This document shows, one piece after another, positions 16,839 to 25,887 of a DNA stretch of 64,000 bases (position 1 is its first letter; each line of letters begins with the position of its first letter). A model generated the notes under the pieces. The model was not told the origin of the DNA and ran no database searches. It was given only the letters and a program-made list of their open reading frames with translations. A program made the position numbers and the translations under genes. The DNA is from Actinomycetes bacterium (GTDB lineage Bacteria > Actinomycetota > Actinomycetes > S36-B12), in NCBI GenBank assembly GCA_965278945.1, contig OZ257128.1, positions 1,426,623 to 1,490,622 on the forward strand, read 5' to 3'.

Positions 16839-17716
16839 GACGCCGGCGACCATGGGGAGAGCAGGAAGTCCGAGAGCGCCGCGTTGAAGATATCGGGCTC
16901 CTCCCACTGCGGCCAGTGTCCGCAGCGTTCCATGAGGACGAACTCGGCGTTCGGGACCAACGCGGCTGCGCGCCGCGCGGTCTCTGCCGTCGTCGTCGGA
17001 TTGTCGCTCGTCCACAGGAACAGCGTTGGCTGGACGATTCCGGAGAGGACGTCCGGCGTGAGTGGAGCCGCCTGCTGGTTGCTCAAGCGGTTGTTTGCAT
17101 CGGCAAGGACGCGGGCAGCCTCGTCCTGCTGGTACATCACCCAGCGGATGTCGACCAACTCATCAGTGAGACTGGCGGCGGGGTCAAAGAAGAGCCACTC
17201 CATTCTCCGACGGACCGCGTCACGGCTCGGATTGGCAACGAACTCACCAGTCAGTCGCCGTAACTCGCTGAGCCCGTCCTTCATGTGCTGACGGGACGCG
17301 TCGTCCTCCTCAATGCCGAGCCGCGCACCGCATACTGATACGAGCTTGGTGACGCGGTCGGGATGGCGAATCGCGGTCCACATCGCAATCCACCCGCCGA
17401 GGGACTCGCCAACCAGATAGGCCTGCGTGATTCCGGCCGCGTCGAGCAGCGCCAGCAGGTGCTCCACGTAGTCGTCCAAGCCGGGAGCGGTCGAAGGGGC
17501 GTCGGTGAGACCGAATCCCAGATAGTCGACTGCGAGTACACGGAAGTCCTTGCTCAACGGTATGACGTTGCGGGCGAACGCCTCGGCGTGCCCGCCCTGA
17601 CCATGAAGCAGGACAACGGCAGGACCCGAGCCCGCCTCGATGCACCGCGTACGAATGCCGCCCGCGTCGTAGTAGCGGACCTCCGCTCCCAGCAACTCGA
17701 CCCAGACGGTGTTCAC
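16835..17716 (-). CDS. meta-cleavage-product hydrolase, copy 2 (protein identical to copy 1)
   Basis: The 293-aa translation is identical to that of 13100..13981. There is one synonymous difference (T at 13217 versus C at 16952). Confidence 0.85.
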   Translation of the reverse strand: MNTVWVELLGAEVRYYDAGGIRTRCIEAGSGPAVVLLHGQGGHAEAFARNVIPLSKDFRVLAVDYLGFGLTDAPSTAPGLDDYVEHLLALLDAAGITQAYLVGESLGGWIAMWTAIRHPDRVTKLVSVCGARLGIEEDDASRQHMKDGLSELRRLTGEFVANPSRDAVRRRMEWLFFDPAASLTDELVDIRWVMYQQDEAARVLADANNRLSNQQAAPLTPDVLSGIVQPTLFLWTSDNPTTTAETARRAAALVPNAEFVLMERCGHWPQWEEPDIFNAALSDFLLSPWSPAS

Positions 17717-19053
17717 GACTGCTCCTTGTGATGGTTTCCGGTCGCCGCCAGAACAGGCTCAGCGTCGTCTCCGGTCGGATGAAATGCGAGGCTGGACCGC
17801 GCCGGTACCTGTCGCTCCATAAAGATCTCGCTGCCTGTGCTCGCGGACTTGAGAATCGCTAGGCACACCTCCAGCGTCGCCATCCCCCAACGCCCGTCAT
17901 GGAACAACGGGCGATCCTGGACAACGGCTTCGTACATCTCGGTGAGCTCAGCCGTGCGACCAGTCGCGCCCTTCTCGATCGTGATCTCCTCGGCACCCCG
18001 TGAGCCGTAGACCATCAGCCCGTGCGGGCTCTGCCGGACCACGCCTTGCTCGCAGCTGACGAGCGTGTAACCGAAGTACGGCTGATACAGGCTCGGTCCC
18101 CCCGTGTAGCCGAACAGCGCCATCGTCTCGCCGTCGGCGTCCGGTGTTCCGTACCGGCCCTGCTCCTTCTGGGCATCAAGCCGCGCGTCGAGGTCATCGT
18201 CATCACGAGAGCTCGCCTTGAGGTCAAGGAAGTTCTGCCGCATACGAATCGACCTACCGACTGCTCGCTGCTGACCACCTTCTCCAATATGGCCGAACAG
18301 TTCACCGCTGTCGAAGAATCCCCTAGCATCGAAAGCGAGCAACGCGGTCGCGCCATCACGAAACGTCAGGAAGCAGTTGTAGCCAGCCTCGACTCCTCGC
18401 AGGTCATCCCAGATGACAGAGGCGCGGACGCTGTGCACTAGGCCTCCCGCAACCTGACGGACGATGTCGACCTGATGCGGACCCTGATTGAGGACCGGCC
18501 CGTGGCTCGAAACCAGTTCCCGGTTTGGCCACGGCCTGGCGTTGAAGTCGTTGTAGTTGAACGTCATGACCGAGACGAGAGCGCCCAGCTCTCCGGACTC
18601 GACGAGCTCCTGCAGCCGCAGGATCGGCGGATCAAAACTGTGCGTATGCCCAGCCATGAGCTTGATGCCGCAGGCATCCGCCACCTCGATCATCTTCTCT
18701 GCGTCAGCCAACGTGGAGGCCATTGGCTTTTCGACGATCACATGCTTGCCTGCCTGCGCGGCCAGCGTCACGTGCTCAAGTCGCTGTTCCGGGAGTGTGG
18801 CGATGTACAGCACATCGACGTCCGGATCTGCACACAGCTCAGCGACACTCGTGTAGGCGCGGCCGCCAAATTCCTCCTGGAACATCGTCAAAGCCCCGCG
18901 GCGCTCCTCGCGCTCAGCAGCGGCGACCACGCGATACGGCAACTGCGCGAGCTCGGTCTTGCGACGAAGGATGAGGTTCACCGCCTGCCCGAGACCGACA
19001 AAGCCGAGACCAAGTTGGCGCTGCGGAACCTCGTTCATCTCTGTTGTCCTCAC
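17713..19053 (-). CDS. Gfo/Idh/MocA-family oxidoreductase, copy 2
   Basis: It is identical to copy 1 except NDFNVLPW versus NDFNARPW, caused by three substitutions within 4 nt. The GTG start at 19053 overlaps the alpha-subunit stop (GTGA). An ATG at 19038 preceded by GAGGA is an alternative start. Confidence 0.85.
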   Translation of the reverse strand: MRTTEMNEVPQRQLGLGFVGLGQAVNLILRRKTELAQLPYRVVAAAEREERRGALTMFQEEFGGRAYTSVAELCADPDVDVLYIATLPEQRLEHVTLAAQAGKHVIVEKPMASTLADAEKMIEVADACGIKLMAGHTHSFDPPILRLQELVESGELGALVSVMTFNYNDFNARPWPNRELVSSHGPVLNQGPHQVDIVRQVAGGLVHSVRASVIWDDLRGVEAGYNCFLTFRDGATALLAFDARGFFDSGELFGHIGEGGQQRAVGRSIRMRQNFLDLKASSRDDDDLDARLDAQKEQGRYGTPDADGETMALFGYTGGPSLYQPYFGYTLVSCEQGVVRQSPHGLMVYGSRGAEEITIEKGATGRTAELTEMYEAVVQDRPLFHDGRWGMATLEVCLAILKSASTGSEIFMERQVPARSSLAFHPTGDDAEPVLAATGNHHKEQS

Positions 19054-20414
19054 GTGGGGGTGACGGCTTTGCGCACGGGTGAGGCCATCAACTCGCCCCA
19101 GTAGCGGTAAAACTCACGTTGGTTCTCCTCGCTGAGCCCGTCGATGACAGTGCCAGGCCAGTTGGGGCCTCCCTCGATTCGAGGTTGGTCGAGTCGAGAT
19201 CCATAGTTAAAAGGCCAATGCTTGCCTTCAGTGCTTCGCAGGTTCTGCTGAAGACGCTCAAAGTTCTCGTGGTCATCAGGTGCGAACACGCCCGCTGCTG
19301 ACTGCTGCTCCATCAGCACCTCACACTGCCTACGCCGAACTGACGCGGGAGCATCGCGGTTCACAGCGCACCACTGCCACACCTCGGTCTCGTTAGGCCC
19401 ACGTGGCATCCACATGATTAAGCCCACGCCGTCGAAAGCAGTACCCAGACCGACAATGGAGAAGTTAGGAAAGATGTTGCCGACGTGGAAGCCATACGGC
19501 ACCGGGTCAACGCCCTGCTCAGCCATTTGGCGCGAACGTGTCTCGTGGCGCTTGCGCACCCATTCGACGGCCTCTGGCCCCAACAGTTCCGCCTGCGCCA
19601 GGTCATGCTCGTAGTAGGAGTCACCAACCCGGATCTCAAGGAGACCGTGGGGCGCTCCGTGACCGTGGTTGCAGGCGACCGCAAAGCTCGTGCCCGCTGC
19701 CCTGACGTCACGACCCGGAAGAACTCCCAAACGTGGATCAATCTCGGCAGCCCGGACAGCCAGCACAGATGCGTGAGTGACCGTCACATGAGTCTGGTCG
19801 CCAGCGAAGTTCTCGGCCAGGAGTTTCCAGTTTGCTGGCATGCGGTAGCGCTGCAAGCCTGGCAGTACCTCAAGTCCACCGATGGCGTCGTCTAGCATCA
19901 TCTGCTCGAGATACCACGCGGCCTCGCCGAGGTACTCGGCTAGCCCCGGACCAACCTCGCTCCACGTTGCGAAAATCAGCCCGTGAAACTCCTCCACGCG
20001 AGGCGCACGAACCAGGCCCCACTTTGACTTGTCGAAATCCTCTCCATAGGTGATGTCCTGGAACGGCACAGCCTTTAGCGTGCCGTCGCCCGTGTAGGAC
20101 CACCCGTGATAACTGCACGTGAACGATCGGCCATTGCCGTGGTCGAACAGGCACACACGATTGCCCCTGTGGCGGCACTTATTCAGCAGCACGTTGATCT
20201 GCTCACCTGAACCACGGGTCAAAATGACCGGGTCTTCGCCCATGTACGTCGACACGTAGTCGCCACGGTGCGGAATCATGGACGTGTGGCCGACGAACAG
20301 CCAAGCCTGGCCGAAGACCCTCTCCAACTCGGCCTCGTAAGTTTCGTCTGAGAAGACGTCCTTGCTCAGCAGCCCCGCGTCGGAAGGATTGTGGTGTTCC
20401 ATTCTTGTATTCAT
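19050..20414 (-). CDS. Rieske non-heme iron oxygenase, large (alpha) subunit, paralogue 1 (intact Rieske motif; no adjacent beta gene)
   Basis: It has the Rieske motif CRHRGNRVCLFDHGNGRSFTCSYHGW and the mononuclear-iron motif ENFAGDQTHVTVTH plus APDDHENFE. The ATG at 20414 follows GGAGGC. The ORF-track start at 20471 is less likely. Confidence 0.85.
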   Translation of the reverse strand: MNTRMEHHNPSDAGLLSKDVFSDETYEAELERVFGQAWLFVGHTSMIPHRGDYVSTYMGEDPVILTRGSGEQINVLLNKCRHRGNRVCLFDHGNGRSFTCSYHGWSYTGDGTLKAVPFQDITYGEDFDKSKWGLVRAPRVEEFHGLIFATWSEVGPGLAEYLGEAAWYLEQMMLDDAIGGLEVLPGLQRYRMPANWKLLAENFAGDQTHVTVTHASVLAVRAAEIDPRLGVLPGRDVRAAGTSFAVACNHGHGAPHGLLEIRVGDSYYEHDLAQAELLGPEAVEWVRKRHETRSRQMAEQGVDPVPYGFHVGNIFPNFSIVGLGTAFDGVGLIMWMPRGPNETEVWQWCAVNRDAPASVRRRQCEVLMEQQSAAGVFAPDDHENFERLQQNLRSTEGKHWPFNYGSRLDQPRIEGGPNWPGTVIDGLSEENQREFYRYWGELMASPVRKAVTPT

Positions 20415-20507
20415 ACTGCCTCCGTCCAATAAATCTCCGAGTCGTGACTGACGTTCGCGAACACTGGCCATGGCGGCCGTCCCCGTGAGGGACGGCCGCC
20501 ACCAGCA

Positions 20508-21785
20508 CTACTGACCGATGATCTCGTTCAGGATTTCCGTACCGGGAGCCATCGCCGACTTCACGTAGTCCTCGGTGTTCTGATCGAGATACTCGACGCC
20601 AGGCTGAGGAATGATCTCGGCCGGCACGTTCGGAGTGATCGCAACGTCAGCGCGGGTCGTCGGCTGGTCGAACGACAGCTGCATCGCTGCGGCGCCGCGT
20701 GGGCTCGCCAGCCAGTTCGCGAACACTGCTGCTGCTGCCGGGTGCGGCGACTTATCGAACAACCGCAGGATCCCAAAGCCGCTCGTGAGCACGCCGGGAG
20801 CGTCCGTTGGGAAGACAGGAACCAGCGGGAAACCCTCGGCCCGCAACTGCTGGGTCTGCTTCACATCGAGTCCGAGTCCCACCGGGTACGTACCACGGGC
20901 AACCCAGTCAGCGAGTTGCCGCTGATCGGTTGAGAATGCGACTTCCTGAGTCCCATAGAACTGCTCGGCGAACTCACGGCCCTTGTCGATCGCCATGAAG
21001 ACCGCAGCCGGGCTTCCCGGGCCTGGCCGCCGCGGATCGAACTGCGCAATCTTGCCTGTGAACTCCGGCTTGAGCAGATCGTCCCATGTCTGTATCGAGG
21101 CGGGATCCACAATGTCCGCGTTAACGGTCGGGTACGCGGTGACGTAAAGCAGCACGCGAAGGAGGTACTCAGCGCTGTTGTCCTGCCACTGCAGCGCGCC
21201 GCCCTGCCAACCAGCCGGATCCGTAACGCTCGGCAGCAGCAACTCGGGCTTCAGGGGGCGAAGCAGACCTGCAGGCAGATCGTCAAGCACGCCCGGGTAT
21301 CCGGAGAGGAAGACGTCCAGCGACATCTGACCGGCGGCCGCCTCCTGACGGAGCTTCCCGGTGATCTCGGCCGGCACCGCGTTGGGGAGGTAGTCCACCT
21401 TGATTCCAGTATCTGCCTCGAACTGGCTGCTCAGCATGTCGCGAACCGCGGGGTTCGGGCTAGACGCGATCGCGACGCTGCCTTCCGCCTGACCGGCAGC
21501 CAGGAGAGCGTCCCATTCCGCACCGCCACCATCGGCCCATGTCGCGTACTGAGCGAGGACTTCCTGCTGCTGCTCGGGTGAGAGCTGGACCGCAAGGCCC
21601 TCGCCCTCCGGTGGCGCGCTGCTGCCAGCTGCAGCGCTAGCGGCAGAACTGGGTGCCATGCTGGCCGCCGAAGATGACTCAGAGGAGGAGTTGCTACCGC
21701 ACGCGGCCAGGAGGACCACGGAGGAAATCACCGCCAGTGCACGCGCAGCGGCCCATGGGGACCGTCGGTACGACAGAGCGTTCAT
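20508..21785 (-). CDS. ABC transporter substrate-binding lipoprotein (family-1 solute-binding, Fe3+/polyamine-like fold class)
   Basis: It has a signal peptide with a lipobox (VVLLAAC GS) followed by a Ser/Ala-rich linker. The ATG follows GGAAAGG. Size and composition fit a type II periplasmic binding protein. The ligand is unknown. Confidence 0.8.
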   Translation of the reverse strand: MNALSYRRSPWAAARALAVISSVVLLAACGSNSSSESSSAASMAPSSAASAAAGSSAPPEGEGLAVQLSPEQQQEVLAQYATWADGGGAEWDALLAAGQAEGSVAIASSPNPAVRDMLSSQFEADTGIKVDYLPNAVPAEITGKLRQEAAAGQMSLDVFLSGYPGVLDDLPAGLLRPLKPELLLPSVTDPAGWQGGALQWQDNSAEYLLRVLLYVTAYPTVNADIVDPASIQTWDDLLKPEFTGKIAQFDPRRPGPGSPAAVFMAIDKGREFAEQFYGTQEVAFSTDQRQLADWVARGTYPVGLGLDVKQTQQLRAEGFPLVPVFPTDAPGVLTSGFGILRLFDKSPHPAAAAVFANWLASPRGAAAMQLSFDQPTTRADVAITPNVPAEIIPQPGVEYLDQNTEDYVKSAMAPGTEILNEIIGQ

Positions 21786-21977
21786 GTAGAGCCTTTCCGT
21801 AGGAGGCGACCCCGGTAGCCCGGCGCACCTGAATTTAGAAGGGTCGTGCTTGCAAACACCGCCGAGGCGGTTCGAACGGACGAGGTGGAGGCCCCGCGAT
21901 CAGGTGGCTGATTGGCCCGTCTGCAGACCGGCCCCTCCAGGCCGGCGCAGTTGACGTACGGAGCAATCGGGGGGAAC

Positions 21978-22544
21978 TCAGAAGAAGATCGAGACGGTGC
22001 GAGGTAGGACGGGATGGCCAAGCTCGATGTGCCGGCGGAGTAAGCGGAACCCTTGTGGAGTGCGCCTGATCTGGTCCCACCGCGAGCCCACGAATGTGCT
22101 TTCGTTGCGCTCATGGCGGACCTGGTGGACGAGGAACGTCGATCGCACTCGATACAGATCCTCATCGTCCGGGTCTGGAGTGGCTGTCACATTGCTAACG
22201 AGATGATTCGTGATCGACTCCGGCAGTTCTGCGTGCGCCATCCCCGTATCGAGGCGACGAACCCGCATGTTCAGGGAGTTGTAGTCCTCGTCGAAAACCC
22301 AGAAGCGCAACGGTGCTTCGGCTTCATCGGTGCGCACGCCCCATCGAGCGGCGTCCCGCGCCGCACGGTCCTGAGGAGTTGCTGGCGGAGGGAGGACGCC
22401 CGTGCTCGGCATGACATACCGGATGTTGGGATCTAGGATCCCGAGCCATGCGTCAAAGAGATGGTCATCGAGCAACTGCGCCTCTTCGAATAGGAAGGCT
22501 TGAAGATCCGCAGTCACCTCCGCGTCAATCGTCCCGAGATTCAT
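21978..22544 (-). CDS. Rieske oxygenase small (beta) subunit (SnoaL/NTF2-like)
   Basis: Typical beta-subunit N-terminus (LQAFLFEEAQLLDDHLFDAWLGILDPNIRYVMP) and C-terminus (IRRTPQGFRLLRRHIEL). The ATG overlaps the stop of alpha paralogue 2 (ATGA). Confidence 0.85.
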   Translation of the reverse strand: MNLGTIDAEVTADLQAFLFEEAQLLDDHLFDAWLGILDPNIRYVMPSTGVLPPPATPQDRAARDAARWGVRTDEAEAPLRFWVFDEDYNSLNMRVRRLDTGMAHAELPESITNHLVSNVTATPDPDDEDLYRVRSTFLVHQVRHERNESTFVGSRWDQIRRTPQGFRLLRRHIELGHPVLPRTVSIFF

Positions 22545-23875
22545 ACGTGCCCTCCGTCCTGGCCGCTGTCGGCCATCACCTCGCCCCAGTAGCGGTAAAA
22601 CTCACGTTGAATCATCTCTGTGAAGCGCGGCAGGACGAGGCCCGGCCACGCGGGGTTCTGCCATTCGAGAGGACGAACGTCGACGCCCTCGCCCTGTAGT
22701 CCCATCTCGTAGTTGAACGGCACAAACCTCGCCTGACGGGTCCGTGTGTTCTCCGACAATCGCTCGAAGTTCTCGTGGTCATCAGGAGCGAAGATGCCGG
22801 CGGCAGCCTGCTGATGCGTTATCGAGAAGCACATCTGTTCTTTCAGCACTCTCGGCGCGCCCGCATCTACGAACGAATACTGAGAGACGACCGTTTCGTA
22901 CGGCCCCCTCGGGTGCCATACGAGCAGCCCCACTGCTTCCATGGCAGTGCCGTTTCCGACGATCGACAGCGTCGGGAACACGTTCCCGACATGAAAGCTG
23001 TAGGGCTTGATCGATAGTTCGGGTAGGCGCTCATCAATCGACGCACGTCTCGTACGGACCCAGTCTCCTGCGGCCTGTGACAGCGTTTGCGCGCGGGCGA
23101 GGTCGTGCTCGTAGAACTCCTCGCCGACCCGTACCTCGAGGAAGCCGTGCGGCACTCCGTTGCGGTATCCGGTTGCTACAGAGAGGTTTGCGCCGATGCC
23201 CTTGGCGGGCGAGTTGATCAGACGTGGCTCCACACCCTGTGCGCGCAGACTGAGGACCGACGCGTGCGTGATGGCAACGTGGTAGTCGTCGCCGGCGAAG
23301 TTCTCCGCAAGCAACTTCCAATTTCCCGGCATGGCGTAGCGATGGACATCGGGAACGAGCTCGAGCCCACCGATGTCCTCACGCAACAGGTAGTTGTCGA
23401 GGTACCAAGCGGCATCTCCCAAGTGGTCCAGCAACGTCATGGTGGGGGCGCGCAGGGTTGCGAAGACCAGGCCTCCGAAAACCTCCACGCCGCCTGTCTG
23501 CACAAGGCACGGGGGCAGATCCGCGTTGTCGATGCCACCAAGAAGTCGTCCGGCTGTGTCGTAGCTGCGGCGGTGAGAGGGGCAATCCAGATGAATGGCG
23601 ACGCCCGCGTCGCAACTGACAAATCGACTGCAGGCCGTGGAGCATGCGTTGACGAAAACGCGGAGAATGTCATCTGCTCCGCGCAGCAGGATCACCGGGG
23701 TTTCTCCCATCCAAGTGGTTACATAGTCAAGGGTTCGCGGCACCTGCTGCACGTGACCGACGAAGAGCCAAGATGTGCGGAAGACCGCCTCCATCTCTGA
23801 TTCGTAGACATCGGGGTCGTACACCGAGCAGTCGACAAGCCCGGTGTCGAGCGAAAACCGCTCTGCAACTCGCAT
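22541..23875 (-). CDS. Rieske-oxygenase alpha-subunit paralogue 2 with a degenerate Rieske motif
   Basis: It aligns with paralogue 1 along its whole length. The catalytic motif ENFAGDDYHVAITH and APDDHENFE are conserved. The Rieske segment reads CSTACSRFVSCDAGVAIHLDCPSHRR, with Thr in place of the first His and RR in place of GW. The ATG follows AGGAGGA. Confidence 0.8.
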   Translation of the reverse strand: MRVAERFSLDTGLVDCSVYDPDVYESEMEAVFRTSWLFVGHVQQVPRTLDYVTTWMGETPVILLRGADDILRVFVNACSTACSRFVSCDAGVAIHLDCPSHRRSYDTAGRLLGGIDNADLPPCLVQTGGVEVFGGLVFATLRAPTMTLLDHLGDAAWYLDNYLLREDIGGLELVPDVHRYAMPGNWKLLAENFAGDDYHVAITHASVLSLRAQGVEPRLINSPAKGIGANLSVATGYRNGVPHGFLEVRVGEEFYEHDLARAQTLSQAAGDWVRTRRASIDERLPELSIKPYSFHVGNVFPTLSIVGNGTAMEAVGLLVWHPRGPYETVVSQYSFVDAGAPRVLKEQMCFSITHQQAAAGIFAPDDHENFERLSENTRTRQARFVPFNYEMGLQGEGVDVRPLEWQNPAWPGLVLPRFTEMIQREFYRYWGEVMADSGQDGGHV

Positions 23876-23927
23876 GGCTTCCTCCTACTATTAACGCGCT
23901 GGTGGCGGGACAAAGTCAGTGGTGCGT

Positions 23928-25694
23928 CTAGCCTCCGACGAGGCTGTACTTGCGCATCATTCGAAGCGCAAGAAAGGCGACTGCAGATGCGAGCGCTGCC
24001 ATGATGAGTCCGATCACTGCGGCGGACTCATAGTCACCAGCTACTGCGTACTCAAAGAGCAGCACCGACATCGTGCGCGTACCCGGAGTAGCTAGCATCA
24101 CTGTCGCAGCGATGTCTCTCATCGACATCATGAATGTGAAGACAAAGACGGTGGCAACCATGGGGATCACAAGCGGAAGCAGAATTCGTCGAAATACGAC
24201 AGTCGGGCCAGCGCCCGACATGACTGCAGACTCCTCAAGTTCGGGCGAGACCTGCGCCATCGCGCTGCGGAGCATCGCCACGCCCAGAGGGAGTTCCTTG
24301 ATAACAAGCACCACGACCAGCGGCACCAACGTTCCATAGATCAACGCGCCGACGCCCGTGCCGAGGATCAAGCTGCTCCAAGCAAAGCCCAAGAGCAGAC
24401 CCGGCACCGCCCAGGGCAGCCAACACAGCAGGGCCAGCGTGCCTGTGTAAGGCAGTTTCCTGCGCGCAATCACCCAGGCCAGGACTGCATAAAGCATGAT
24501 CCCGAGGATCGACGTGATGGATGCTACAACCAAGGAGTTACGTAACGAGTCGAGCAAGGTGGGATCGGTCAGCGTGGCCTGCCAATGCTCGGTGGTCCAC
24601 GAGCCTCGCGAGAAGAAGCCGAAGCGCCAGCGAACCGAACCGAGCAAGACGATGCTGAGTGGTAGGTAAAGACCCACCGCGAGGGCCGCGAGGATGACGC
24701 CCATCACCACCCGATCAGCCCAGCGTGTGCTTCTGACGCTTGTACGCAGACTCCGCCCGCCAACGGTCGCGACGTTGCTCCAACGCTTGCTCAGGACCTG
24801 ATTGACACCTGCTAACAGCAGGAGAGTGATGAGCATGACTACGCCCAGGGCCATCGCTTCGGAGAACAGAGGCGGGTCGGAACCTATCTGGTCGTAGATG
24901 CGAGTGGCATAGACATCGATGCCAGCCGGGGTCCCAAGGATTCGCTCAACTTCGAACACCTCGAGGCACCGCAGGAAGCCGACTACAGTCGCGGCAAGTA
25001 CCGCAAGCTTGATGAGTGGTAGGGAGATGTGCCTCAGGGTCCGGACGCGTCCTGCGCCTGACATGACCGCAGCTTCTTCCAGGGTGACGTCCATCTGCCG
25101 GAAGGCCGGAGACAGGAAGATGATCATGATCGGGACAGTGGTCAGCGTGAGGTGCACCCAAAGGAGCCCGGAAATCGAGTAGATGTTCAATGTCGGAGCG
25201 CCGGGGATGTTAGCGAGCCACTCGTTGATCAGGCCAGTGTTCGGATCCGCAAGGACGATCCAACCCAGGACCACCGGCACAGTGGGCAAGAAGAACGCAA
25301 GCCAGAGCGAGTACTCCACGAAGCGGGCGATCTTCATCTGCGTACGCGTCAAGAACCATGCGATGACCCCACCGATGATGACGGCGACGGGAACACGCAT
25401 GGCGAGGAGGAATGTGTATCCGAATGATTCGAGGGTCCGCTGTGATTGCGTCGCGTCTTGCCAGGCGTCGAGGCCCGGTTCGAACGGTTGACCAAGTCCC
25501 GCGATATTGAAGGACTGCATGACCATGAACGCGATCGGCGCGATAACGAGGAATGCGACGGCGCCGAGGAGAGCCAGTCCGCCTGCCTTTCGCAGCCTTC
25601 CGTGCAACTTCGCTCGACGGCGTGCGAGAGTCTCTCCAGACTCTCCCGATGTCGTCGCCGGCGGAGCCGGAGGAGGAGCGGTCGTCGTCACCAA
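23928..25694 (-). CDS. ABC transporter permease, fused two-domain type (about 12 TM)
   Basis: At 588 aa it contains two tandem binding-protein-dependent permease modules, each with an EAA-like loop (LEEAAVMSGAGRVRTLRHISLPL and LEESAVMSGAGPTVVFRRILLPL). The start is TTG or GTG after GGAGAGG. Confidence 0.85.
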   Translation of the reverse strand: MVTTTAPPPAPPATTSGESGETLARRRAKLHGRLRKAGGLALLGAVAFLVIAPIAFMVMQSFNIAGLGQPFEPGLDAWQDATQSQRTLESFGYTFLLAMRVPVAVIIGGVIAWFLTRTQMKIARFVEYSLWLAFFLPTVPVVLGWIVLADPNTGLINEWLANIPGAPTLNIYSISGLLWVHLTLTTVPIMIIFLSPAFRQMDVTLEEAAVMSGAGRVRTLRHISLPLIKLAVLAATVVGFLRCLEVFEVERILGTPAGIDVYATRIYDQIGSDPPLFSEAMALGVVMLITLLLLAGVNQVLSKRWSNVATVGGRSLRTSVRSTRWADRVVMGVILAALAVGLYLPLSIVLLGSVRWRFGFFSRGSWTTEHWQATLTDPTLLDSLRNSLVVASITSILGIMLYAVLAWVIARRKLPYTGTLALLCWLPWAVPGLLLGFAWSSLILGTGVGALIYGTLVPLVVVLVIKELPLGVAMLRSAMAQVSPELEESAVMSGAGPTVVFRRILLPLVIPMVATVFVFTFMMSMRDIAATVMLATPGTRTMSVLLFEYAVAGDYESAAVIGLIMAALASAVAFLALRMMRKYSLVGG

Positions 25695-25887
25695 CGGACC
25701 TACCTCTCCGAGTTGGTCGTCGCCCGCGCCCCTGGAAAGGGAGGCCTGCGGGCTCCCCGCTGGCGACTGTCTATTGGTTAGACCATATATCGGTGTGAGG
25801 TACGCCGCAAGCGAATATCCGGAGATGCCAAGGCTGTAATTGAATCGTGATGGAACCCCCCGCGAGTGGTGCCATTACCCCGTTGTA

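Larger units (their letters stand above)
16723..19169. repeat. tandem duplication, copy 2 (2447 bp, equal to copy 1 minus 109 bp)
   Basis: See copy 1. All ORF-track translations from the two copies are identical or differ by 1-2 residues. Confidence 0.9.
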
